A DNA stretch of 63,999 nucleotides, the filler included, from Piptocephalis cylindrospora (lineage: Eukaryota): NCBI GenBank assembly GCA_003614145.1. It is 25 parts of 25 records of this genome, joined end to end, with 100 filler letters (N's around TTAATTAATTAA, not from the genome) between each part and the next. Parts side by side here need not be neighbours in the genome. Positions count along the whole stretch, not along the records: positions 44,196 to 46,671 come from KZ988949.1; positions 46,772 to 49,246 come from KZ988950.1; positions 49,347 to 51,704 come from KZ988951.1; positions 51,805 to 54,269 come from KZ988952.1; positions 54,370 to 56,833 come from KZ988953.1; 20 more parts are not named here. One strand, 5' to 3'. This document shows, piece by piece, positions 45,784-56,933 of the stretch. Every line of letters starts with the position of its first letter. The first letter of the stretch is position 1. Made by a program: the position numbers and the translations under genes. A model generated the notes under the pieces. The model made no database searches and was not told the origin of the DNA. It saw only the letters and a program-made list of their open reading frames with translations.

Positions 45784-46618
45784 GGTGATGGTGGATCAGT
45801 GAAGGATGGGATAGCTTGAGACCGGCTCAAGGGTGATCAAAGTAAGAGTTGGGGCTCGAAGTGATGGGGGTTGGTGGATAAAGGGAGGGTTGGGAGGGGT
45901 AGGGCTGAGAGAGGTAGGGTTGAGAGAGGTAGGGTGAATGAGCGTGAATTCTAGTCTATACTAAAAATCCCGTTCCTCTTTTATACCTTTGGATGCGGCA
46001 TCCATGCTCTATTGATCCATAATCCACGGAAGCGGTTCCCTCAGCATCATATCTGACACTTTCTCCTCTCCTACCAGAGTGCCCTACCCTGCTAGGAAAA
46101 TTTTTCTCGTAGGTGATGAGCATCTCATGGGAACTACCTGTTCAATATTGGGCATTAGATGCTTTGCTTGGCATTTAGATCATCCTTCGCCCATTCTCCC
46201 TCGTCCTTCTTCCTTAATCTATCGATTGCCCAGAAAAGGAGGGTCTTTATTCATTGGTTCCCTTCCATGTCGGGGATTTAACCTGTGGGGACGAAGGCGG
46301 AAGACTGCTTGGCATTCCTACCTGGAGAGCGGGATGAAGTGATTGCTGTAGAGACAAGTGCTGGCATATATGGTACTGATTGGTTGACGGAGATCGATTT
46401 AGAATCAGGATCAGAGTAGCCGACTATCCTTGCCGCACCTTCTTACAAAGCTTCCTAAAAACGGTATCTATTCATAGAGGTCACCTTTTCCTATCTCCTA
46501 CTTCATGGGTATGGCACTGGGTCAAGAGTACTAGTCTATCGTACTCCTCTGGTTGAATAATTTCTTGCTAGACTGCGCTCTATTCAACTGGTCTCATACT
46601 GCATCAGGCTCAATAACA

Positions 46619-46671
46619 TGTAAGCAGTGGTCTGTCTTGCAAAGGAAACGCCATAGATCGCTCTGTCCACC
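46619..46671 (+). mobile_element. Terminus of the same TGTAAGCAGTGG repeat in the opposite orientation
   Basis: Reverse complement of 44196-44248. Confidence 0.5.
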
Positions 46672-46771
46672 NNNNNNNNNNNNNNNNNNNNNNNNNNNNN
46701 NNNNNNNNNNNNNNNTTAATTAATTAANNNNNNNNNNNNNNNNNNNNNNNNNNNNNNNNNNNNNNNNNNNN

Positions 46772-47767
46772 ATGCGAGGCATTCTGAATTTTGGAGACAC
46801 GGACAGGAGAGAAGACGCTTTCAGGGTTGTTGATGTGGGCAACCCAAACAAAGGGTTGGGGAATTTGGGTGGCGTAAAGATCTCCAGTATCCGGATCCAC
46901 TACCAGATTATCCAGAGCAGTTCCCAGAGGGATGCGGCCGGTTTCGTGCAGATGTTCCGGATGTACAGGATCGCGAAGATAGGCAATGAGATCAAGACCG
47001 GCTGTTTCCAGAACGTAGATGTACTGGCCATCTGGGGACATGGCAATGCCATTGGCGTACTGGAGACCCTCAGCAGCAATGGCCATGGTATTCCGGATGC
47101 CGTCGTAGTAAGCCACAGTGGTGATAGCGGGGAAGAAGAGGTCCTCGAGGGTGCGCTTCCATCCTCCGACGTGGGTGTGGTCATTCGTGACGTAGAAGGA
47201 TTCGGGGGAGGTGAGGACAATGCTGTTGGGGAAAGGCATATTGATGGGGTCAGGACCGACGGTACGCTTCCACACGGCTTGATCAGCGCCACGGTTCAAG
47301 TCGACAAACTCAACGCGACTTCCCGTGTATGCATGGTTAATTAGGGCCATGGTCAGGCTATCCTCGGATGTGGAATATAGGGAGAAGCCATGGGAGACAA
47401 ACTCGGTCTCCAAACCCTGAATTGGCAAGGCCTTGACTTTCCCAGATTTGAGGTCGTACAGATAGAGGGGATCATGGATCGGAGCCTTATCCTTGGGAAG
47501 GGTCATACGATGGATAGGAGGCCACCAAGTTTTCCTTCTCTCCATCTCGGCACACGCCAGGATGGCCACATCCCAGGGCTTGTGAATCTGCACCATCTCG
47601 CACCCGGTCATCTCCTTGATGAACTGGCACTCATCCACATTCACAGCTTTGAACGTACCCTTGGCTAGCCATCCTCCCAGCTTAAGGGTATGATCAACGA
47701 TCGGGTAGGCCCAGTAGGCAAGCAGCAAAGCCAAGATGCTGTAAGGAGAAATAATTTTTGAAAGCAT
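46772..47767 (-). CDS. Paraoxonase/arylesterase-like six-bladed propeller, main part
   Basis: N-terminal anchor, GCE, SHGFS, INH, PNSIV..SFYVTNDH, GLQYANGI, LDNLVVD. Confidence 0.88.
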
Positions 47768-48489
47768 ACTTGGAGTAAGGGAGAGGAGGGGGGTAGAGGT
47801 ATTGGTAATATGGTGAAGAGGAAGGAAATGAGGCGAAAGGGCGAGGTGATAATGATCAAGCTCTGGGCTTTATATATTAATCACGTTCAGTCTAGGTCCC
47901 CTCGAGCGATGACGGACAGATGAGGTTTCATGGGAAATGTTTACTGAACACACGCCCCAAATCATCCTTGCTTACCCCGAAAGACCAGTGCGGCTTAGGT
48001 CCATGAGCGGAGGATGGTGTACATGGGAAAATGCCTTGCTTTCACCTCGTGGATTATCCTGCGCACAAAGCTCCCGTTACTTCCTTGGAGCGCATGGTAA
48101 ATACGTTCTTGCACTATTCTTTTGCAGTGTGCTCTGAACCAAGACGAGTGTCATTCCCTGGCCCTTCCCCCATACATGCGTGAGAGGATAGTGTCATGGG
48201 AAGGGTAAGTGTGGGGAAGAAAGTTGAATGGGGAATCCTGTGAATCATCTGCTCCTCCCATCCATCCCGCTTGATGCTGCTCCCTACAGCCCACCTCGAT
48301 ATCAAAAGGATTGTCCGGTCTCAAGACAGAAGCAGCTCATAGAGGGGAGACTGGTGAAACTACAGGAGCATGCCTTTCTTCAAGAGGGGGAGCCAAAGGG
48401 TCATCAGATCCGTTTAAGGCTGCGTCTCCCCTTGGCGAGTCACAGTAACCACACTTCGACCTAACCAACCAGTACAACGCCCCATCTTG

Positions 48490-48736
48490 CCCTGAAAGCG
48501 TCTTCTCTCCTGTCCGTGTCTCCAAAATTCAGAATGCCTCGCATGCTTTTGGTACCGGCCAGATCCAGAAGCCTAATCATCCTCCGCTTCCCGTTGTTAC
48601 TCGGGTCATTGAAGACGACGGCAGTCGTATCTCAGGTGTTACCACCGGTGCCGGCGATCGATCGACCAACCGCTGGTTCCTCGTTGGCCCCATCATGGAG
48701 GGCGTCCATGTCTGCCCCTTTCCTTCCGTCGCTTAG
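48490..48736 (+). CDS. C-terminus of the same paraoxonase, placed in inverted orientation
   Basis: 48490-48544 is the exact reverse complement of 46772-46826 and continues in frame: ..IQNASHAFGTG..VIEDDGSRISGVTTG..LVGPIMEGVHVCPFPSVA*. Confidence 0.85.
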
Positions 48737-49346
48737 GGTGACATTGTCTAGCTGTGCGTGTCCTGGGAGCGCCATGTATAGATTTTGCTTGATGAATAGT
48801 TCTTTGTAGATGATCTGGAGTGCGTATGAATTGGCGATGAGGTCCAGATGAATCATCATCACCCTTGTTTCTATGTTCGTTCCAGGATGGTGTTCAATGT
48901 GGTCTCACTTCTCTTCCTCCATTCACAGGTATCTATTGATTATTTGACCATTTTTAGAAACGACTATAACAAAGATACATTTCTTCACATCTAGCAAGGG
49001 AAAGGTGTTCGAAAACAGAAATATACTTCTTAGGAGACCATTAGGATCCGGGGTCTTTATTACCTGATCTTATTCCAAATATCCGCCATGTCCTCTGTTG
49101 CCCCCATCTTTACTGCCTCTCATCCGTATTGATAGCTCTATCCCAGCGACCTAAATTTTAATTCGTGTTTCCATTTCCATAGGCTCTTCCTAGAATAAAC
49201 TTGAGTATGAATGCCCAAGTATCCTCAAAGCTTCCGGTTTACCGCTNNNNNNNNNNNNNNNNNNNNNNNNNNNNNNNNNNNNNNNNNNNNTTAATTAATT
49301 AANNNNNNNNNNNNNNNNNNNNNNNNNNNNNNNNNNNNNNNNNNNN

Positions 49347-50276
49347 CTCTATCTTACCCAGGGACTTATGTACGGCATTGGAGGATCTCTCGCCTTTTAC
49401 TCCACCATTTCCCTCTCCTCCCAGTGGTTTCGTCGTCATCGTGGTTTGGCTGGGGGTGTGGCTTACTCTGGCTCCGGAATTGGGGGCATCGTGTACAGTG
49501 AGGTCGCCAAAGTCTTCCTGGCTCAATCCCCCACCACTGGCCATATTTGGGCACTTCGCGTCGTCTCCTTCATGTCCCTCGGAATCCTTCTCGTCGCCAC
49601 CTTCTTGGCTCGTGAACGCTTCCCTGCTGGTCACGGATATGTCCCGAGCGGCAAGAAGGGCATCGCCGCTGTCTTTGATTTTTCCCTCCTACATAATCGC
49701 ACCTTCAGTCTCCTCGCCATCATGGGCTGTCTGTGCACCTTTGGCTTCCTCGGACCCTTTTATCTCACACCCTCTTATGCAACCTTCCTTGGCCTGGCCA
49801 GTAGCGATGGTGCAACCCTCTCCACCATCCTCTCTGCCGTCAGCGGATTGGGCCGCATCTTTCTGGGCCTGGCCGCAGATCGCTTCGGGAAGATCAACTC
49901 CCTCTTCATCTGTACCCTCGTCGGCGGTCTGGTTTGCATGGTCTACTGGCCCTTTGCCCATACCTTCCCTGCCCTCGTAGGCTACGTCGTCATGTACGGA
50001 TTGTTCGGCGGTGGCTTCATCGGCCTCCTCCCCCCCGTCGTCGCCATCTTTGTCCGGCCAGAACGATTGGCCAATGCCATGGGTGTTCTTTTCTGCATCC
50101 AGGCCCTGGGTCTCTACAGTGGCTCCATCATCGCTGCCGCCATCCTGGACTCGACCGCCCCCAATACTAACTACCTACCGGCTATGATGTACTGCGGGTC
50201 TGTCACCGTGGCTGCCAGTATCCTAGTCTTTTTGCTCAAGATGCGAGTCAACAAATCCCTCCTGGCCATTATTTAA
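49347..50276 (+). CDS. MFS monocarboxylate-transporter-like protein (Mch family), 5' partial
   Basis: SQWFRRHRGLAGGVAYSGSGIGG, WALR, GLGRIFLGLAADRFG. Confidence 0.9.
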   Translation, partial: LYLTQGLMYGIGGSLAFYSTISLSSQWFRRHRGLAGGVAYSGSGIGGIVYSEVAKVFLAQSPTTGHIWALRVVSFMSLGILLVATFLARERFPAGHGYVPSGKKGIAAVFDFSLLHNRTFSLLAIMGCLCTFGFLGPFYLTPSYATFLGLASSDGATLSTILSAVSGLGRIFLGLAADRFGKINSLFICTLVGGLVCMVYWPFAHTFPALVGYVVMYGLFGGGFIGLLPPVVAIFVRPERLANAMGVLFCIQALGLYSGSIIAAAILDSTAPNTNYLPAMMYCGSVTVAASILVFLLKMRVNKSLLAII

Positions 50277-50947
50277 TCCTCATTGGGTAGTGCTATTTGC
50301 TGTTCTTTTGGTATCCATATCTCCCTCGAGTACCTCATACACTCGAGCGGAAGTTGAACCCAACGCATTTCCTTGCATGACGAAAAGATATATGTGTCCT
50401 TTATTGATCCTTGATGCACCTGTGCACAGCTCTATCCTGGGCATTGTTCTCATCACTTCATTATTCTCTTATTAGTGCCTTCATAGCCCACTCATGTGCT
50501 GCTCTCCACCCATCCACTACCATGAATCCAACATTCTCTTAAAATAGATAAACTTTCCTCTTTTCCCCACAATTATACATCATCCTCGACCATTCAATCT
50601 CCGACATACACAATAGCCGAATTCATCCAAAATTCAATACCTTCCATCAAACTCCGCACCAATACAATCTTCAGTCCCTATCCACGCCCCATTGCCCTTG
50701 CATGCCCCCCTCCTTGGGGTCCTCTTTCTTGATCATTCCGCCAAGTGTTTCCTCCCCTTGCTCATCCCATCCCATCCCATCCCACCTTTTCCTTCATCCC
50801 TTCTCGTCCCTTCCTCATCCCTTCTCTAGCCATTTGCCACGATCTACCCTCTTTTCCCTCTCACGATCCATCCTCACCCTCTTTACCTCGACAATTCTTC
50901 CTCTTCCTCCCCCTCTTCCTTCTCTCCTGACCCAACTCAATTCAACT

Positions 50948-51704
50948 ATGCCCTCCCTCTATCTTCGACTGCAGGTCGTCCTTTCCTTGACCTTTCTCTC
51001 CCTCAATCTGTCGCAGACCATCTTTGCCCATACCAGCCATGCTTCTTCCAATTTTGCCCAACTCCCCTCCCTCTCGACCCCAGGCCTTGTTCAATCCCCC
51101 TCCCCCGCAACCCCAGGCCTTGTTCCACCCTCTTCTTCACCCATCCGGGCTCGACACAAAACTAAAAGCACCTCTACTCTCAAGACACACGTCCCTCTCA
51201 CCCCTCCTCCAGCTACGGCCAAGGTCCGTATTGTTCTGAAGAATGCCAAGGTCGAGCTCCCCGTCATCTTCTCCCACACTGCCTGGGGCACCATCATCAC
51301 TTTAGGCCCAAACCCCACAGGCCTCGCCCCAGGCTCCCCATACAGTCTGGAGATCCATGCTCAGGGCCTATCCCCCTCAGCTACTCCGGGTAAGGAGTGC
51401 CAATCTACTGGTCCGATCCTGGGCGCACCCCTAGGTCAAGTCCAGCCAGACACACCCTGCTCCCCTAAATCCCCCTTGACCTGTCCTACCGGTAGTCTGG
51501 CCGGAATGTTTGGCCCTATCATCGGGTGGAAACCTCCTCCCCGCATGATCCATCCCTCCCTTTCCCTCACTGATCTACGTGATCGCTCCCTTCTCCTGAT
51601 CGACTCCACCGGTCAGCCCATCGCCTGCTGTAACTTTACCCGGTATCCCGCCTCTCCCAACCCTCCCCCTATAATGGATCCAAGTCCCACCAAGCTAAAC
51701 TCCT
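50948..51704 (+). CDS. Secreted Cu/Zn-SOD-fold (SOD5-like) protein lacking most copper ligands, 3' partial
   Basis: Signal peptide, P/S/T linker, then GL.PG..Y.LEIH, C.STG, C..GSLAGMFG, RSLLLI, IACCN. Confidence 0.7.
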
Positions 51705-51860
51705 NNNNNNNNNNNNNNNNNNNNNNNNNNNNNNNNNNNNNNNNNNNNTTAATTAATTAANNNNNNNNNNNNNNNNNNNNNNNNNNNNNNNNNNNNNNNN
51801 NNNNGTATATTAGTTCTCTATGAGGTGGGCAACCTGTATTAGTACCATACCTTTACTCAC

Positions 51861-52897
51861 ATGTAGATACGAGATTGACTCTTAAGATAAACCTGATGAA
51901 GGATCCAGCTCCCAAGCGGGCATTTGGACGCTATCTTGGGAAAGGCTTGGTTGATCCTTTCAATGGTTACAGGTTCTCCTGTTGCAATACTAACTTCCTC
52001 TTCTGATGAAAGAGGCAAGAACTTATCCATGAACTCATCAAGAGCTTTGAGAGCAGTCGTGTCAACGGCAAGGTAATTCTTCAGCGCCTCTATCAAGATG
52101 CCACGCGAGATCTGACGGCCCCATCCATTGGTGCTCCAAATCCTACGTAGCCCACGATGATGAACATACCGGGAAAAGTTAATGAAGATACTGTCGTTCT
52201 CTTCGGGTATCATCACGGTTTCTGCCCCGCCCTCTTCATCCTCATCCGTATCAATATCTTCAATGGCAAGGCGTTGCTTGAGTAGATCGCTGACCACTCG
52301 GGTATCCAGAGTAGATTGGAAATACGACTTTTTCTGGACGATATCATGAAAAAGGAGGTTGAGGAAGGAGGGATTAATAGAGTTACTAAGCGTATTGCTA
52401 TGAAGCAAGGTAGCATACCTGAAGAGCCTTTAGGGTCAGGCGTTTGGCGGGGTCTTTCCGCAAGAGCTCCACCACCAAATGATACACAGGTAGCTGGGTG
52501 AAGGTAGAGGAGGAAATGGAGAACTCCGAATCCTGACATAGCATATGCGCCATGACCGCATCTGTAGCTTCCTCCTTTCCCCAGATAGGAGTGCTGGACG
52601 CCATCCAGTGGATGATTTGGCCGCAGGAGAACATGTCCAGGGCATGTGTTGCCATCAGGGTCTTCCCAGCTCTGGTAGCATGGAGTACCTCGGGGGCACA
52701 GTAGTCCAAGGTAAGGCCTCTTACAGGCTGGCCAACCCTGTAAGGAGAATAGTGATGAGTGAAATGAATTGTAAAATACCGAATTCAGAGCAGCACGTAC
52801 TTGCAAGCACAATCAAAATCGATAAGCTTCCATATCCCTTGCTCTTGGTGTGGACAGGCAAACTGCATGATATTGCCTGGTTTGAGATCACAATGTA
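51861..52897 (-). CDS. Protein kinase C-lobe (HCDLKPGN, DFD, CAPE) plus a helical domain; 5' part of a split gene
   Basis: Spliced VHCDLKPGNIM..WKLIDFDCAC|KVG..TLDYCAPEV..DMFSCG..LLRKDPAKRLT. Confidence 0.82.
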
Positions 52898-52986
52898 CTG
52901 AAGTAAATGGAAAGGATGAGTAAAGGTATGGTACTAATACAGGTTGCCCACCTCATAGAGAACTAATATACCTTTATTGTTTCTAG

Positions 52987-54269
52987 GATCCGGCAGGTTC
53001 GTCAGGATATCAAAAAATATTTGAAGGGAAGACCAGTGTGCCACCTGTTTTGTGAGGCCAGCCTGGGGATCATGGCCGACTGCATGAAGAGCGCCCTTAA
53101 CGATCTGAAATCGTTGAGCGATGTCCACATGTCAATCCGTCTTCGTGTCCTTGAAGTAATGAATATGATCGGGTACAACGGCCCCGCTGAAGATGTAGAG
53201 GAGGAGCTCCGTATGCTGGTTCGGCTCAATGATGAGGCGGCTCAACTATCCGCAAAATGCGCCTCCTTTATCATTTATCCCGGTAAGGTAAGGTTTTTGG
53301 ATGAGTTGCTCTTTCTAGTCCAGTAATTACTGAGAGGCAACAGGGGATTACTTAGCCTTGCATACCTTCCTTCTGAACCTTTAGGAAGAACATGCTGCAA
53401 TGGAAAAGAGTACCATTGGCTGGTTTAACCGTTGGACCGAATGGAGATCCAAGATGTTAAAGACAGATTCAAAACTAAAGCTCAAGGATATCACCAAAGC
53501 CTTGAGAAAATGGAAAAACACAAATAATGTCAGAGATGTTATAGAATTTATCCAAGAAACCGAAGCCCTCCAAGAGGAATACGACAAGCACAAGGGAACA
53601 GAAATTGGGGAGCGATACGAGAAGGCCTTTGCCGGGGACGTGCCCTCCATGCTGTGGCTAGGAGAGGCCTACATGGATGGGGACCAGGGGGTGGAGGAGA
53701 ACCAATATCTTTACTGCCTCTGGTTCCTTCGTGCAGCCATCCAGAATGATCCAAAGGCCCTCACCTACTACGGAATTGCCAGTAGTCGGAAAGGTACCTC
53801 GAGATCCTCAGCCGTCCTGCGGACCAAGTGCTTAGGTAGGGCAGACTCACTTGGTTTTCTCCCAGCCAAGGCCAAGTACGCTCACCGTCTTTGGATAGGA
53901 AATGGGTGCATCATGAACGAGGAAAAGGCAGAGAGGATTTTCCAAGGAGCGGTTGACGCCGGCTCTATCCTTGGTTCCCACGGCTTGATGCTTATCAATC
54001 GTCACCGCAACAACCGGAAAAATATGATGCTTTACGGGGAGGCCTGTCTGGATGCAGGTCATCTTCGATGCTACGATGACCTGATCGGCTCACTCCTTCG
54101 GTACGATACAAGCGATGATGAGGAACGGAAATCCCACTATGCCAAAGCCTACGAATACTGTATGATTCTAAAAGATCACCCGGACCTTTATCATCTACCT
54201 AAAAGGTCCGAATGGGCCATGAAGTCACTTTACAGGCAAAAGAAGTGTCTGAGCCTTGGTTCCAACCTT
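52987..54269 (+). CDS. Helical region plus Sel1-like repeats; 3' part of the same split gene
   Basis: GDVPSMLWLGEAYMDGDQGV..WFLRAAIQNDPKA; AKYAHRLWIGNGCIMNEEKAERIFQGAVDAG; phase-0 intron YPGK|EEHAAM. Confidence 0.78.
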
Positions 54270-54488
54270 NNNNNNNNNNNNNNNNNNNNNNNNNNNNNNN
54301 NNNNNNNNNNNNNTTAATTAATTAANNNNNNNNNNNNNNNNNNNNNNNNNNNNNNNNNNNNNNNNNNNNCTTCTGTGCTCTTCCCGCCCTCTTTTCTCTT
54401 TAATTCCCCCCCCCCCACCCCCCCCTCCGCCTCCTCCTCCTCTTCCTCCTCCTCCTCCTCCCCCCTTCCCTCCCTCTGTCAGGACTTT

Positions 54489-56409
54489 CATGGGTACGTA
54501 TCGCTGGATCGGTGAGCCTAGACCAGTAAGGCTCCACTAGGCACACTTGCCCCATCCACCCTGTTTCCATGCGTTCCTCAGATCTCTCATTCTCCCCTCC
54601 CCTCCCTCTCTATAGCCGGCCAAGGTCGTCGATCCCTTCGAAGCTCCAAAGCATCCACGCCTTCTTCCTCCAAGAAAGCTACTAAATCCAGCGGATCTAC
54701 CAGTAAACCTTCATCCAAACGTCTACCCTCATCCTCTCCTGATCGTGGTGGTCCATCCGAAGTACTGGATCTGGATTGGGAAGGGGAGTTTGTCATCCGA
54801 TGCGTCTGTGGCGATGACGGTAAGTCGGAGGGCAGATCTACCCCCTTTCCCCCTTTCCCTCACCTCCCATCTCCCCTACCTCAGATCCTGAGGGGTTCCA
54901 GCTATGTTGTGAACAATGCCTAGTTTGGCAACATGGCGAATGCGTTGGCTTTCCCGAGGAGACCAGCCCAGGCATCCCTGACAAGTACTTTTGTGAGCAA
55001 TGTCAACCTGAAGGTCATCCTGCCATCTGGGGAAGACCCACTGAGGCTGCATCAAAGAGAAAGTCGAGGTAAGCCCCCCCCCTGTCCCCTCCTGCTCTCT
55101 ACCCTATCCTGACCATCCCATCCCGACCTCTCCACTCAGGAAAAGAAAGGCCTCGGGTGTCATTACTCCAAGAAAATCATCCTCCTCTTCCTCCTCCTCT
55201 GTCTCCTCCTCCCCCTCGATCAAGGACTCTCCTCTGGCAAAGTACAAGGAAGAGTCCATCTTTGGTCTCTCCACTTCCGCCTCCAGTTCCCTCTCCTCTG
55301 TCTCCTCGGCCATCCTCGAGGTCGAGGAAGGAGGCATGATGAACCCCCTTTCCCTTCCTGATGAACAACTCAGGGAAGACATGATGGGGGAGGAGGAAGA
55401 GGAAGAGGATATGTTGCATAAGGAGGATGATACAAGGAACCAAAGGGATCTCCCACCCCCCTCTCCTCGTATCAGAGAAAGACCAAGGAGATTGGCCGGA
55501 GGAAAGAAGCGCTCTTTGGACCATTCTTCCTCCTCCTCCTCCTCCTCCTCTTCACTCCTTCCTCCCTTACCCACCCCACCCACCTCCTCCTCTTCCCCCT
55601 CCATGGGCAAGGATGAGGGCGGTGCGGATAGATGGGAATCCCCTCCCCTTCCACGTCCTCATCGACGTTCCTCCTCGGCCACCGTCTCCACTTATGTACC
55701 CCCCGCCCCCACCTCCATCCCCTTCTCTTCATCCACCATCATCACTAGTCATGATCCCATCAAACTCACCCACTCTCCCAAACCTCCTACCCCCATGACC
55801 CCAAGCGTCAGTGAGGAGCCGGGAAAGTCTCACGGAGAGTCCTCTTCCTCCTCCAAGTCCAAGGCCTCTTCGGGCTCCAGTGGAAGACGACACTCCTCCC
55901 GTCACTCCACCACCACTACCTCCTCCTCCTCCATCATTGTCCCTCCCCCCCAGGAGGGTCCCGCCACCTATCAGCCCCTTCTGTTGAAGCCTCGCCGATT
56001 TCATCGGTCTGGCGTCCGCGAAATGGAAAAGGCCCTTGGTCAGGTCCTTGCCTATGTAGGAAGGCTACGGGAGGGCTTTGGCTCCTCCCATCGCTCCCCA
56101 CACCCCTCTGGCCCCTCCTCCTCTCCTCCTCAGGGCGGGAACCTCCCCTCTCCGGCCCCGGAGGAGGGAAGCCATGGTCCTTCCTCCCCCCCGACCCTTC
56201 TAGGGAAGGAAACGGAGGGAAGTCGTCGAGTTCAAGAATTGATGCACATTGTCGATACTCAAGCTACCGGTCTCAAGATGGACCTGGAGGCCTTTCATCG
56301 CTGGCAACAGGATCGTCTGGCTAATCCCTTATCCTCGGCCAAAAGGAAGGGTCCTCCCACCTACTCCTCCTCTAATGAAGGGGAGGACGAAGCCATGGAT
56401 CATGATTGA
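54489..56409 (+). CDS. PHD-finger protein, Cti6-like (Rpd3L-associated), multi-exon
   Basis: IRCVCG..LCCEQCLVWQHGECVG..PDKYFCEQC; C-terminal helices MEKALGQVLAYVGRL and MDLEAFHRWQ; start codon uncertain. Confidence 0.75.
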
Positions 56410-56933
56410 TCCCGTCCTATCCATCTCCTCTCCTCCATGTGCCCTTTTTTATCCCTTGTGTTGTCCTTTTTTTTCCTTCTTTCCTACCTGTTTATACTGT
56501 CAAGTCATAGTATTCCACCTTCTTCCCCTTCTCCCTCCCTCTCTCTCCCTCTCTCTCTCTTTCGTCCCATTCCTCTTCATCCTTACTGTCGCCTCGCAAT
56601 AGCGCGTTTTCCGCTTCCTTCCCGCCTCCCTAGCTTGCATTATCATCTCTTTTGTTCACTATTCCTCTTACTCCTCATCCTCAAGCATCATGGTTCAAGG
56701 GAGCATTCCCTGATCCCTCTATGTCAGGTCATTTAGACCCATAGGGCCACGATGACATTGGGATGGATCATCCAGATCGCATAAATCATCATCCCTTCTA
56801 TTGCTAAGAATAATAACAACAACAAACCCATACNNNNNNNNNNNNNNNNNNNNNNNNNNNNNNNNNNNNNNNNNNNNTTAATTAATTAANNNNNNNNNNN
56901 NNNNNNNNNNNNNNNNNNNNNNNNNNNNNNNNN

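Noticed and set aside
44196..46671. Complete TIR transposon of exactly this size
   Set aside because: Repeat length equals the 55-nt assembly overlap, outer ends and TSDs are not visible, and there is no transposase; kept only as a repeat-flanked gene
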